In this document: positions 43,603 through 54,024 of the stretch, piece after piece | Layout: the number at the start of each line of letters is the position of its first letter | Numbering within the stretch: position 1 is the first letter of the stretch | DNA from: Pseudoxanthomonas sp. | GTDB lineage: Bacteria; Pseudomonadota; Gammaproteobacteria; Xanthomonadales; Xanthomonadaceae | DNA: 64,000 nt | Direction: 5' to 3' | Assembly: GCF_051953815.1 (NCBI RefSeq) | Contig: NZ_JBQCIJ010000046.1 | Span: 172,164 to 236,163, forward strand | The notes under the pieces: model-generated | Told to the model about the DNA's origin: nothing | What the model saw: only the letters and a program-made list of their open reading frames with translations | Databases searched by the model: none | Translations under genes and position numbers: made by a program

Positions 43603-44160
43603 TCAATAGACGCCCTCGGGACTGGGTTGCGGACGGCCCGGCGGCTCGGGGGGCAACTGTTCCAGGATGGGCGCGAGGATCTGTTCGGACTCCTCCAGCC
43701 AGGCGAGCATGCGCAGGGCCCAGTCGCGCAGATCGTCGCGGGCGCAGCGCTGCGACGCCTGGTCGAACAACGGCCACGCCTCGTCCAGCACCGATTGCAG
43801 CGCCAGCGCGGCTTGGCGCTCGTATTCGTCCGGATCGAAACCCGGCAGCCGGGTGGACGCGTCATCGCCCGCGCCGGCCGTGTCATGGCCGGCCCACACC
43901 CCATCCGCGTTCTGGTGCTGGGCCAGGATCATGCGCGCCAGGGCGCGCAGCGATTCGTCGCCGGCGTGTTCGAGGATGCCGGCGGCGAGGCGTCGTTCGC
44001 GCAGGCCCAGCGCCAGCGCGGCCTCGAGGAAGGCGTCATCGTCGAAATCCGCGGGCGTGTCGTCCCCGTCGTCGTTGCGCCGCGGGGGCAGGTGGCGCAG
44101 CAGCATGACCGCGCCGGCCACCAGCGCCAGCCACGCGATCATCGAAGTACGGTGCTTCAT
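43603..44160 (-). CDS. hypothetical membrane-anchored acidic protein
   Basis: 185 aa. N-terminal TM MIAWLALVAGAVMLL, then an acidic helical region. No recognised family. Confidence 0.55.
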   Translation of the reverse strand: MKHRTSMIAWLALVAGAVMLLRHLPPRRNDDGDDTPADFDDDAFLEAALALGLRERRLAAGILEHAGDESLRALARMILAQHQNADGVWAGHDTAGAGDDASTRLPGFDPDEYERQAALALQSVLDEAWPLFDQASQRCARDDLRDWALRMLAWLEESEQILAPILEQLPPEPPGRPQPSPEGVY

Positions 44161-44226
44161 GCCGGATGCCTCCGCACGGCCGCCCGGATGGACGGCCGTG
44201 CCTGTCGTGCCGCCCGGCGCGGGCGG

Positions 44227-45363
44227 TCAGTGGGTGCTGCCTGCGGTCGGCGAGGGGTTGCCGCCGGTGCTGGAACGCTGGGTCGTCGCGCCGCTGCGCC
44301 GGCCGGCGGACTCGCCGGTGGCGGACGGGGTTTCCAGCCCCGTGTCCGGCATCCGTCCGAGCGCGGGCGATACCCGGATCTCGTTGCGCACATCCTTCAC
44401 GCCGCTGCAGGCATCGGCGATGTCCTCGGCGCGATGCTTCATCCAGCGATGCTCCACGGTTCCGGTCAGGGTCGCGACGCCGCCACTCACGCTGACCTGC
44501 ACGTCGTCCGCATCCAGGTACGGATCGTCGGTGAAGCGTTCGTTGAGATCCTCGGTGATGCGTTCGTCCGAGCGGGTATAGCCACGCGGTCCACGACCAC
44601 GGAAGCCCTGATTGGACTCGCCGAATCCGGCGGCGCCGCCGGCCTGGCGGTCGTCGCGCCATGACGACCGCCCGCGCCCCATGCCACCGTAGCGGCCGTC
44701 GTCACCCAGGCCGGCGCCGCGCGCATGGCGCCCGCCGCGCCCGTAACCGCCGCCCGCGAACACGTCGCCCTGCGCATAGCGCTGGCTGAAGTCTTCCGGT
44801 CCATAGACCCGCCCGGGATCGCGCTCGCGTCCATAGCCCTGGCTGTACTCGCCGCGATTGGCGTAGTAGCCGCTTTCGGTGTCGCCCTGGCGATAGCCGC
44901 CGGTGAAATCGCTGTCGTCGAACCCGCGCCCGTATTCGCGCTGGCCGGTGGCGCCGTAGTCGCTGAAGCCCGAACGGCCCTGGCCGGCGCCGTGCCTATC
45001 GCGTCCGCCGCCGCGTCCACCGCGTCCTCCGTCGTACTGGCTGCGAACGTCCTCGTCGGTCTCGCGTCCGCGGCCCCAGCGTTCGTACTCGTCCTCGCCG
45101 AATCGGCCTTCCTCCCAATCGCGCGGGCGCGGACGGGGCTGCACACCGGCGGTGGCGTAACCCTCGCCATAACCGCGCGCGTCGCGCTCGTCCCGCGGAT
45201 GCCGTTCGTCCTGTTGCCGCCCGTATTGCCGGTTGTACTGGTTCATGTCCTGTCTCCGGTTCTGCCACCATTCGCGGCTGGCGTCCGCCAGCTGCGTCGC
45301 CAGTTGCCGCAGTTCGCCTATCGCGGCCTTCAGTTCGGTGCCCACTTGCCTGTTGTCTTCCAT
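44227..45363 (-). CDS. BON-domain protein with ~290-aa RGG/YG/D-rich intrinsically disordered N-terminal region
   Basis: 378 aa from MEDNRQVGTELK. SD AGGAG. C-terminal BON domain (DADDVQVSVSGGVATLTGTVEHRWMKHRAEDIADACSGVKDVRNEIRV). The upstream region is G/R/Y/D/E low complexity. Confidence 0.8.
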   Translation of the reverse strand: MEDNRQVGTELKAAIGELRQLATQLADASREWWQNRRQDMNQYNRQYGRQQDERHPRDERDARGYGEGYATAGVQPRPRPRDWEEGRFGEDEYERWGRGRETDEDVRSQYDGGRGGRGGGRDRHGAGQGRSGFSDYGATGQREYGRGFDDSDFTGGYRQGDTESGYYANRGEYSQGYGRERDPGRVYGPEDFSQRYAQGDVFAGGGYGRGGRHARGAGLGDDGRYGGMGRGRSSWRDDRQAGGAAGFGESNQGFRGRGPRGYTRSDERITEDLNERFTDDPYLDADDVQVSVSGGVATLTGTVEHRWMKHRAEDIADACSGVKDVRNEIRVSPALGRMPDTGLETPSATGESAGRRSGATTQRSSTGGNPSPTAGSTH

Positions 45364-45437
45364 CTGCCTGCTCCTGTGCGGATTCGGAGCCGCGCCACGC
45401 CGATGGCGCTCTGGACGGACTCCTTCGCATCCATCAC

Positions 45438-45452
45438 GCAAACGCCATGCCA
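45438..45452 (-). promoter_or_regulatory. sigma-54 promoter TGGCATGGCGTTTGC
   Basis: Minus-strand TGGCAT-N5-TTGC, one mismatch from TGGCAC-N5-TTGC. It lies 75 nt upstream of the BON gene ATG (45363). Confidence 0.75.
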
Positions 45453-45544
45453 TCGGCGGGCGCGCGCGTGCGCGCCCATCGCGCGCCCGCGTCCGGCGAC
45501 GCAGGCAGCTTTTGCCCCGCCGCGAAGTTTGTGCGCGCGCCGAC

Positions 45545-45559
45545 TGGCACGCGCCTTGC
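45545..45559 (+). promoter_or_regulatory. sigma-54 promoter TGGCACGCGCCTTGC (perfect consensus)
   Basis: Exact TGGCAC-N5-TTGC. The -12 element lies 39 nt upstream of the lipoprotein ATG (45598). Confidence 0.8.
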
Positions 45560-45597
45560 GCGGATCTACGCGAGCCAACGCGAAAACGAGGTGCGAG

Positions 45598-45879
45598 ATG
45601 AAACGATGGAGCCTGCTGGCCTGCCTGTTGCTGGCCCTGGCGGCGTGCGACCGCCGCGACGATGCCGACGTGCCCGCCTCCAGCACCGGCAGCGGCACGC
45701 CACCGGGCGAGGCGGTGGACCCCGGGGGCGACGACAAGGCGGCGACGCGCGACGCGCCGGTGCAGTTGACCCAGCCACCGCCCGCGGCGACGGACTGCGA
45801 CGGCAAGGTCGGTGACGAGCTGGCGGACTGCATCCGCGATCGCGGCCAGCGCGAGCGTGGCGGAGCGCCGCCACCCTGA
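45598..45879 (+). CDS. small lipoprotein (93 aa)
   Basis: MKRWSLLACLLLALAACDRRDD: signal peptide with lipobox LAAC. SD GAGG. The mature part is Pro/Asp/Gly-rich with a Cys pair (CDGKVGDELADC). Confidence 0.7.
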   Translation: MKRWSLLACLLLALAACDRRDDADVPASSTGSGTPPGEAVDPGGDDKAATRDAPVQLTQPPPAATDCDGKVGDELADCIRDRGQRERGGAPPP

Positions 45880-45953
45880 CGCACAAATTTCACGGCGTGC
45901 AGCTTGTTCCGCCCTGGTCGTCGCCGGAGCGCTCCCTGCGCGGGCTCCGCCGT

Positions 45954-45968
45954 TGGCACGGACATTGC
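45954..45968 (+). promoter_or_regulatory. sigma-54 promoter TGGCACGGACATTGC (perfect consensus)
   Basis: Exact TGGCAC-N5-TTGC. The -12 element lies 65 nt upstream of the KGG-protein ATG (46033). The palindrome GGAGCGCTCC at 45926-45935 sits just upstream. Confidence 0.8.
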
Positions 45969-46032
45969 GGAGCACGCTGTGGCCGCGGCGTGGTCGCCGC
46001 GCGCCATTTCCTTTCCAACAGAAGGCGACCCC

Positions 46033-46440
46033 ATGTCCCGTTCCCCGTTGTCATTGAGCCCCTCCGCGATGAACGCAAACGCCATGAACGCTTCTTCTTC
46101 ATCCTCCCCCCGCGGTCCGTCTCCCGGCCGCCGTGAACCACGCGGTTTCGCCGCGATGGATCCGGAGCGCCAGCGCGAGATCGCGCGCAAGGGCGGACGC
46201 GCCGCCCACCGGAGCGGAAACGCCCATCAATTCGATTCCGAGGAAGCGCGCGAGGCGGGCCGCAAGGGCGGTGAAGTGGTGAGCCAGGACCGCACGCACA
46301 TGGCGCGGATCGGCGCGCGCGGCGGCGAGGCGCGCGGCGCCAACCGCCGGCAGCAGGCGCAGAGCGGGGACAAGGACGGCGAGGAAGCCGCCGGATCCGA
46401 GCCGGAGGACGCCGGCATGTCCGCGCGACGTCCGCATTGA
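46033..46440 (+). CDS. KGG-repeat general stress protein (YciG/Con-10-like)
   Basis: 135 aa with repeated KGG motifs (IARKGGRAAH, AGRKGGEVV, IGARGGEARG). SD GAAGG. Low-complexity Ser/Asn N-terminus. Confidence 0.8.
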   Translation: MSRSPLSLSPSAMNANAMNASSSSSPRGPSPGRREPRGFAAMDPERQREIARKGGRAAHRSGNAHQFDSEEAREAGRKGGEVVSQDRTHMARIGARGGEARGANRRQQAQSGDKDGEEAAGSEPEDAGMSARRPH

Positions 46441-46474
46441 ATGACCCCCGCGAACGCGCGGAACGCGGCGCCGC

Positions 46475-46679
46475 CTAACTCTCGGGGATGGCGCGCGCCG
46501 CGCGCGGCGACGCATTCGCCCCCGCGCGATCCAGCAGCGCGCCGCACTGGACGACCGCCGCGTCGATGCGATCCAGTCCCGCGCGCGCATCCTCGGCCTG
46601 TCCATCCGCGAGCGCCTGGCGCACGACGGAGTTGGCGTACAGGATCAGGTTGAGTTCGTTGCGCAGTTCATGCTGCCAG

Positions 46680-46687
<8 letters not shown>
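46475..46687 (-). CDS. 70-aa stand-alone DHp (HisKA H-box) mini-protein
   Basis: MSDWQHELRNELNLILYANSVVRQALADGQAEDARAGLDRIDAAVVQCGALLDRAG... This is an H-box (HELRN.L..I) plus the second DHp helix, with no sensor and no ATPase domain. The ATG overlaps the 3' end of the activator gene by 8 nt. High GC3. Confidence 0.6.
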
Positions 46688-48005
<1,318 letters not shown>

Positions 48006-48168
48006 GTTCACTCTCGTGGATCGTCAGATGCCGAGCATCGCGGAATGGCTGTTAGGGCAACGCGAAGCGGGCGCGGCCACATGCGCCGCGCGCGTGCATG
48101 CGATGTTGATGTTCATGAAGGTGACCGCTGATCGCGCTTGTTGTCGTGTCGCGGCGCCGTGAAGGCGA

Positions 48169-48624
48169 TCAGGCGAGGCGCTGATCCATCCTGAAATGGT
48201 GCGCCGGCAGGTAGCTGGCCCGCGCGAACAGGGGATGGCGCGGATTGATCAGCAGGTTGTGTTCGCACGGACACAGCGCGCTGGGCACCTGCGCGAGCAG
48301 CGTGTTTCCGGCCGCCAGCCAGGCGTCACCCAGCGCCTGGACTTCCGGGCGATAGGGACGCTCGCGCCACGGCAGGTCCTCGCCGACTTCGATGACATGC
48401 AGCGAATCGACGGGGAACCGCGCTTCGATCAGCTTCAGATCGTTGATCGGCGTGCTTTCCAGGTGCGCGCGGTGCTCCAGCATCGCCGCCGCGGCCGAGC
48501 GCGCGGCGTAAATCACCGGCAGGCGGCCGGAGGTCCAGCGGCCCGGGCGGTCGCTGGCGGTGAACGCTTCGGCGATGACGGTGTCCTCCACCATCACGAA
48601 GGCCGGGATGGTGTCATTCGACAT
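48169..48624 (-). CDS. RES-domain protein (RES-family NAD+-targeting toxin-like), no cognate antitoxin gene seen
   Basis: 151 aa. GRWTSGRLPVIYAARSAAAAMLE (Arg/Tyr/Glu block) and VPSALCPCEHNLLINPRHP (Ser block) match the RES-domain pattern. Confidence 0.75.
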   Translation of the reverse strand: MSNDTIPAFVMVEDTVIAEAFTASDRPGRWTSGRLPVIYAARSAAAAMLEHRAHLESTPINDLKLIEARFPVDSLHVIEVGEDLPWRERPYRPEVQALGDAWLAAGNTLLAQVPSALCPCEHNLLINPRHPLFARASYLPAHHFRMDQRLA

Positions 48625-48768
48625 GGCATCTGCTCCGGATCGCGGTGACCATCATCGTGTTCCCGGCGCGAAGACGGCGTGCAATGGCGGCGGGAGATCG
48701 CCGCGCGCTTTTCACATGGCGGGTCCGCGGGCTCGGTTAGGGTCGAAATCCTCCAACTCCGGTCGACC

Positions 48769-50841
48769 ATGCGCGCCTTCACCGCATCCCCGACAACCAC
48801 GTCCACGCCTTCCCGCATCCGGTGTTCCGCCCGCTTCGTCCGCCGATGGCGCGGCGCCGCGCTGGCGGCCTTGATGCTGCTCATGGCCGGCGCCCCGACG
48901 GTCTCCGCCCGTTCGCCGGCGGCGCTTCCGGAGTCCGCGCCATCGTCGCCTTCCGTGCAGGCCACCGCGCGCGAGGTGCTGGAGCAAGTGGGCGAGCGCG
49001 ACAGCGCGCCGATGTACAGCCGTCGCATGTGGCGCGGCGCGGTGCGCGACTGGGCGTGGGCGGCGCCGGCGGTCGAACGCGATGTCGCCGCCGCATGGCG
49101 CGATCTGCGCGGCCAGACCGATGGACTTGTCGGCGTGCTCGCGCTGTCGCTGCTGCCGCTGTGGGCGGTCGCGCTGTGGGCGGTTCCGCGACTGCTGGCC
49201 AGGCTGTCGCCGCGACTGCCGGAAGGCCGCGTCCGGCGTTCGCTGACCGCATTGCTGCGGGTGTTGGCGGCGACGGCGCTCAGCGCGGTGGCGGTGACCG
49301 GGCTGCTGCAGATCCTCGCCTGGGGCGCGCCGGCGGATTCGCCGCTGCCGGGACTGCTGGGACCCCTGACCGGCGTCTGCGTGTTCGCGGTGTTCATGCT
49401 CAGCCTGGGCCGCAACGTGCTGTCCTGCGGAGACGCGGGCCTGCGCCTGCCGGATATTCCCGACGACGTGGCCGCGCGCATGCGGCATGTCCCGTGGCTG
49501 CTCGCGGGAGCGGTCGCGCTGGCGACCTGGACGGACATCCTGCTGGCGCGCTGGTTGCCGGCCGGCAGCCAGGCGGCGCAGCTCGGCGGCGCGTTCGTCA
49601 CGGTGTTCCTGTCGGCGGTGCTGGCGAGCGTGTGGTCGCGGTTGGGGCTGGCGCTGCGCGGCGATCCGGCGGCCGCGCCACAGGGACGCCAGCGGGTTCT
49701 GCTGCGCGCGGTGATCCTGCTCGGCTGGCTGCTCATCCTCGGCAGCCTGGCCGCGACCCTGGCGGGCTATTACGCGGCCGGCGCGTTCCTGATCAGGCAG
49801 ACCCTGTGGGGCGGCGTGGTGCTGGTGTTCGTCTATCTGCTCGCGGTCGCCAGTGGCGATGTCATCGACGCGTATCTGGGCGGAAACGGTCGCGCCGGCC
49901 GGGTGTTGGCGTGGCGGCTGGGACTGGAGCCGCGCAAGGTCGACCAGTTCGGCGCGCTGGTGTTCGGCGCGGTGCGGCTGCTGCTGTTGCTGGGCGCGCT
50001 GGTGCTGCTGGCGGCGCCCTACGGTCTGGGGCCGTCGGAGCTGTTCGGCCGCCTGCATCCGGGCTCGGCGGTGATCGCGATCGGCCAGCTGCGGCTGGGT
50101 GCGGGCGATCTCCTGCGGGCGCTGCTGGTGTTCGTTGCGGTGATGCTGGGCGCGCGCCTGTTCGGACACTGGTTCGATGGCCGCTACCTGCCGACCACGC
50201 GGCTGGATCCGGGCATGCGCGCCTCGCTGGCGTCGGTGATCCGCTACGCTGGCGTGGTGATCGCGCTGTCGATGGCGCTGGCGGCGATGGGCGTGGGCCT
50301 GGACAAGATCACCTGGATCGCCAGCGCGGCGACCGTGGGCATCGGTTTCGGCCTGCAGGCGATCGTGCAGAACTTCATCTCCGGCCTGATCCTGCTGGCC
50401 GAGCGCCCGGTCAGGGTGGGCGACTGGGTGGTGGTCGGCGACGCGGAGGGCGACGTGCGCCGCATCAACGTGCGCGCGACCGAGATCACCATGGCCGACC
50501 GCACCACCGTGCTGGTGCCCAATTCGGAGCTGATCACCAAGGTGGTGCGCAACCGCACGCTGACCCGCGCCGAAGGGCTGGTGAAAATCCTGCTGCCGTT
50601 GCCGGCGGCCACCACCGACGTCGAGAAGGCGGTCACCGTCGCGCGCGCGGTGATCGAGGCCAATCCGGACGTGCTGCCGCGGCCGGAGCCGCTGGTGCTG
50701 GTGGAGGAGGTGAAGGACAACAAGATCTTCTTCAATCTGTCGGTCTATGTGGAGGGACCGCGGCGGGTAGCGGCGGTGCGCGGCGCGCTGTTGTACGAAC
50801 TGCTGCGCCGGCTGCCCGCGGCGGGGGTGCCGCTGGCCTGA
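48769..50841 (+). CDS. large mechanosensitive channel of the MscS/MscK family
   Basis: 690 aa. Signal peptide, a long N-terminal multi-TM region, and a C-terminal MscS core (GIGFGLQAIVQNFISGLILLAERPVRVGDWVVVGDAEGDVRRINVRATEI...RTTVLVPNSELI). Confidence 0.85.
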   Translation: MRAFTASPTTTSTPSRIRCSARFVRRWRGAALAALMLLMAGAPTVSARSPAALPESAPSSPSVQATAREVLEQVGERDSAPMYSRRMWRGAVRDWAWAAPAVERDVAAAWRDLRGQTDGLVGVLALSLLPLWAVALWAVPRLLARLSPRLPEGRVRRSLTALLRVLAATALSAVAVTGLLQILAWGAPADSPLPGLLGPLTGVCVFAVFMLSLGRNVLSCGDAGLRLPDIPDDVAARMRHVPWLLAGAVALATWTDILLARWLPAGSQAAQLGGAFVTVFLSAVLASVWSRLGLALRGDPAAAPQGRQRVLLRAVILLGWLLILGSLAATLAGYYAAGAFLIRQTLWGGVVLVFVYLLAVASGDVIDAYLGGNGRAGRVLAWRLGLEPRKVDQFGALVFGAVRLLLLLGALVLLAAPYGLGPSELFGRLHPGSAVIAIGQLRLGAGDLLRALLVFVAVMLGARLFGHWFDGRYLPTTRLDPGMRASLASVIRYAGVVIALSMALAAMGVGLDKITWIASAATVGIGFGLQAIVQNFISGLILLAERPVRVGDWVVVGDAEGDVRRINVRATEITMADRTTVLVPNSELITKVVRNRTLTRAEGLVKILLPLPAATTDVEKAVTVARAVIEANPDVLPRPEPLVLVEEVKDNKIFFNLSVYVEGPRRVAAVRGALLYELLRRLPAAGVPLA

Positions 50842-50844
50842 CGG

Positions 50845-52965
50845 TCACTGGCGGATGCTGACGGCCAGGCCGGGCGCGCCTTCGCCCTCGGCGAACACGC
50901 TGATGCGTTCGCCGACCTTGCGGAACGCCAGGTCGAAGCGGCGTTCGCCCAGGCGGAGATCGCTGACCGTGACATCCTCGATGCCCGGCGGCAGTTCGGG
51001 CTGGTTGATCTCCACGATGTCCCGACGGCCATCGATCTCGATGCCCAGGCACGCCTGCAGCAGCATCAGCGCCGAGCCGGCGGCCCACGCCTGCGGCAGG
51101 CACGCCACCGGATAGGCCACCGGCGGCGCGCCCTGGGTGCGCGAGAAGCCGCAGAAGAGTTCGGGCAGGCGCATGTCGAAATGCACCGCCGCCTCGAACG
51201 CGCCCCGCAGCAGGCGCGGCGCGCCGCCGCGGAAACCGGCGCGGGCGATGCCGCTGGCGCAGATCGCGTTGTCGTGCGGCCACACCGAGCCGTTGTGGTA
51301 GGAAATGGGGTTGTAGCGCGCCTCGCCGCGGGCGACGGTGCGCACGCCCCAGCCGGTGAAGAACGAGGACGACAGCAACTGCGCGGCGACGCCGGCGGCG
51401 CGTTCCGGCGCCGCCAGGCCGGTGTAGAGCAGGTGGCCGGGATTGCTGGTGCGCACGCGGCACAGTTGTCCTTCGCCATCCATCGCCAGGCCGTAGAACT
51501 TCAGTTCCTCGTCCCAGAACCGTTCCTCCACCGTCCGCCGCAGGCGTTCGGCGCGCGCCGCCCAGGCGTGCGCGCGCGGCTCGTCGTCACCGGCGATGGA
51601 CGCCAGCGCCGCCATCCCGCGCAGCGCCGCGTAGGCATAGCCTTGCACTTCGACCAGCGCGATCGGCCCCGGCGCCAGCCGCCCATCGGCGTGGAAGACC
51701 GAGTCGCCGCTGTCCTTCCAGCCCTGGTTGCTCAGGCCGCTGCGTTCGCCGCGCGCATAGTCCAGCAGGCCGAGCGGATTGCCGTCGCAGACCCGTTCCA
51801 CCCAGCCGATGGCGGCGGTCAGCGACGGCCACAGTCCGCGCACGAACGCGTCGTCGCCGGTGCGGCGCCAATAGGCGTGCGCGAGCATCACGAACAGCGG
51901 CGTGGTGTCGACGCCGCCGTAATACAGCCCGAACGGCAGCTCGCGCAGGCTGGACATTTCGCCCTTGCGGGTCTCGTGCATGATTTTGCCCGGCGACGCG
52001 TCCAGGAACGGCGCATCCTCCTTGGCCTGGTGCGCGGCGAGGAAACGCAGCACGCCGCACGCCAGCCCCGGATCCACCCACAGCGTCTGCAGCGCGGTGA
52101 TGACCGCGTCGCGCCCGAACGGCGTGGAGAACCAGGGAATGCCGGCGTACGGATAGGGGCCGGTGTCCAGATCGCTGGTCAGCAGGGCCAGGTCCGAACG
52201 CGACTGGCGCATCCATTGATCGAACAGCGGCCCGCTGCTGACGATGCGCGCGCCCCGGCGCTGGCGCGAGCGCATGCGCCGGCGGGCGAGGGCGGCCTGG
52301 TAGCGATAGCGTTCGCGCGAGGGCGGTTCCCCGGCATCCGCGCCCGCCTCGATGTAGAACTCGCGGACTTCGTCCGGTTCCAGCGTCAGCGGAAACTCCA
52401 GTTCGCCGGCGTCGGAGAATCGCGGCGGCAGCGAGAAACGGATGTAGGCGGTGCGCTCCACGTCGTCCAGGCCGAGGTAGCGGAAGCCGTAGCCGATCTC
52501 GCCGGGCTCCGGTTCCATCAGGCGCCCGCGCGCCGGACGACGGCTGCCGCGCACCTCGAACATGTCCCAGAAGTCCGCCGCCAGGCGGAAGCGCAGCGGC
52601 AGGGTGACCCGCTGCTCGCCGTAGTTGACGCAGCTGATGCGCTCGTACATCCGCTCCTGGCACAGGAAACGGTTGCGGCTGATGTGGATCAGGCCCTGCG
52701 GCGTGCCGGCCTCGTCCAGCGGCGACAGCGCCCGGTTGGTGAGATGGGCGACGAACAGCACGTTGTCCTGGGTCACCGCCGCGCTGAGCAGGGTCGGCGC
52801 CTCGTCGCCGAGCCGCAGGTGGTAGCCCGACAGCACCCGCGTGTCGCTGATGAAGAGGCCTTCGGCCGGGCCGGCGATGTCGCCGTAGCTGTTGGCGACC
52901 AGGAAACTGTCGCCGTCCTTCAGTACATAGCGGGTGTACAGGGCGGCGTCGGCGGCGGAATCCAT
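50845..52965 (-). CDS. amylo-alpha-1,6-glucosidase / glycogen-debranching-type glycoside hydrolase (GDE_N_bis + GDE_C)
   Basis: 706 aa. N-terminus VLKDGDSFLVANSYGDI...GLFISDTRVLS and a six-hairpin C-terminal domain (PWFSTPFGRDA, GKIMHE.R.GE, YHNGSVWPHDN). Confidence 0.75.
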   Translation of the reverse strand: MDSAADAALYTRYVLKDGDSFLVANSYGDIAGPAEGLFISDTRVLSGYHLRLGDEAPTLLSAAVTQDNVLFVAHLTNRALSPLDEAGTPQGLIHISRNRFLCQERMYERISCVNYGEQRVTLPLRFRLAADFWDMFEVRGSRRPARGRLMEPEPGEIGYGFRYLGLDDVERTAYIRFSLPPRFSDAGELEFPLTLEPDEVREFYIEAGADAGEPPSRERYRYQAALARRRMRSRQRRGARIVSSGPLFDQWMRQSRSDLALLTSDLDTGPYPYAGIPWFSTPFGRDAVITALQTLWVDPGLACGVLRFLAAHQAKEDAPFLDASPGKIMHETRKGEMSSLRELPFGLYYGGVDTTPLFVMLAHAYWRRTGDDAFVRGLWPSLTAAIGWVERVCDGNPLGLLDYARGERSGLSNQGWKDSGDSVFHADGRLAPGPIALVEVQGYAYAALRGMAALASIAGDDEPRAHAWAARAERLRRTVEERFWDEELKFYGLAMDGEGQLCRVRTSNPGHLLYTGLAAPERAAGVAAQLLSSSFFTGWGVRTVARGEARYNPISYHNGSVWPHDNAICASGIARAGFRGGAPRLLRGAFEAAVHFDMRLPELFCGFSRTQGAPPVAYPVACLPQAWAAGSALMLLQACLGIEIDGRRDIVEINQPELPPGIEDVTVSDLRLGERRFDLAFRKVGERISVFAEGEGAPGLAVSIRQ

Positions 52966-52968
52966 CGT

Positions 52969-54024
52969 TCAACCCTTGGCCATGCGCAGATCCGGACGCG
53001 CGAGCAGGGACTGGTACAGCGCGATGTAGTCGTTGGCCATCGCGGTCGCCGAGAAGCGTCGCTCGAAGGTTTCCCGGATCCCCGCGCGCGACAGGCGATC
53101 CACCTGTTCCACCGCGGTGGCTGCGGCGGCGATCGAGTCGACGATATGGCCGGTGACGCCTTCGTCCACCACTTCCGGGACCGAGCCGCAACGCCATCCG
53201 ATGACCGGGGTGCCGCAGGCCATCGCCTCGATCATCACCAGCCCGAACGGCTCCGGCCAGTCGATCGGGAACAGCAGCGCACGCGCGTTGCCCAGGAACG
53301 CCGGCTTCTCGCTGTCGTTGATCTCGCCGATGAATTCGACCCCGTCCTGATCCAGCAGCGGACGGATGGTTTCGCGGAAGTACACGCGATCGTGGGTGTC
53401 CACCTTGGCCGCGATGCGCAGCGGCAGGCCGACCCGGCGGGCGATGGCGATCGCCCGATCCAGCCGCTTTTCGCGCGACACCCGGCCCAGGAAGGCGAGG
53501 TAGTCCCCGCGCGGGGCCGGCGACGGCGCGTACAGATCCTCCGGCAGGCCGTGGTAGACCGTGCCCAGCCAGTTGGCCCACGGAATCGGTTTGCGCTGGC
53601 TTTCGGAGATCGACACCAGCGGGAATTCCGGCCAGCGCCGGTAGTAGGCCGGCAGATCCTTCTTGTCCTGGCGGCCGTGCAGCGTGCTGAGCGTGCGCGC
53701 CGCGAACGGCTCGAACAGCGGGAACGGCAACAGGTCGATATGGAAATGCAGGATGTCGAATTCCGGCGCGCGCCGCGCCACGTCGGCGAGCATCGCCAGG
53801 TGCGCGGCCACCGGCGACTTCAGCGGCGAATCGTCCAGCCGGATCGCGCGGTCGCGGCCGGGCACGAGCGTGGCCGAGGTGCGCGAATCGCCGGAGGCGA
53901 ACAGGGTCACCTCGTGGCCGGCGGCCACCAGCGCTTCGGTCAGGTAGGACACCACCCGTTCGGTGCCGCCGTACAGGCGCGGGGGCACCGCTTCGAGCAA
54001 GGGCGAAATCTGCGCAATTCTCAT
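52969..54024 (-). CDS. GT4-family glycosyltransferase
   Basis: 351 aa from MRIAQISPLLEAVPPRLYGGTERVV. C-terminal GT-B block EPFGLVMIEAMACGTPVI. The ATG overlaps the otsA stop (ATGA). Confidence 0.85.
   Translation of the reverse strand: MRIAQISPLLEAVPPRLYGGTERVVSYLTEALVAAGHEVTLFASGDSRTSATLVPGRDRAIRLDDSPLKSPVAAHLAMLADVARRAPEFDILHFHIDLLPFPLFEPFAARTLSTLHGRQDKKDLPAYYRRWPEFPLVSISESQRKPIPWANWLGTVYHGLPEDLYAPSPAPRGDYLAFLGRVSREKRLDRAIAIARRVGLPLRIAAKVDTHDRVYFRETIRPLLDQDGVEFIGEINDSEKPAFLGNARALLFPIDWPEPFGLVMIEAMACGTPVIGWRCGSVPEVVDEGVTGHIVDSIAAAATAVEQVDRLSRAGIRETFERRFSATAMANDYIALYQSLLARPDLRMAKG

Noticed and set aside
48106-48119. FNR-like site TTGATGTTCATGAA upstream of the sigma-54 activator gene
   Set aside because: The right half (ATGAA) lacks the critical C of ATCAA, and the site sits ~107 nt from the ATG. 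It is treated as a chance half-site.
48625-48768. Search for an Xre/DUF2384 antitoxin ORF upstream of the RES gene
   Set aside because: No ORF with a start codon, SD and sensible composition fits in the 144-bp gap. The track ORFs covering it (48594-49736, 48712-50169) are shadow ORFs of the MscK-like gene.
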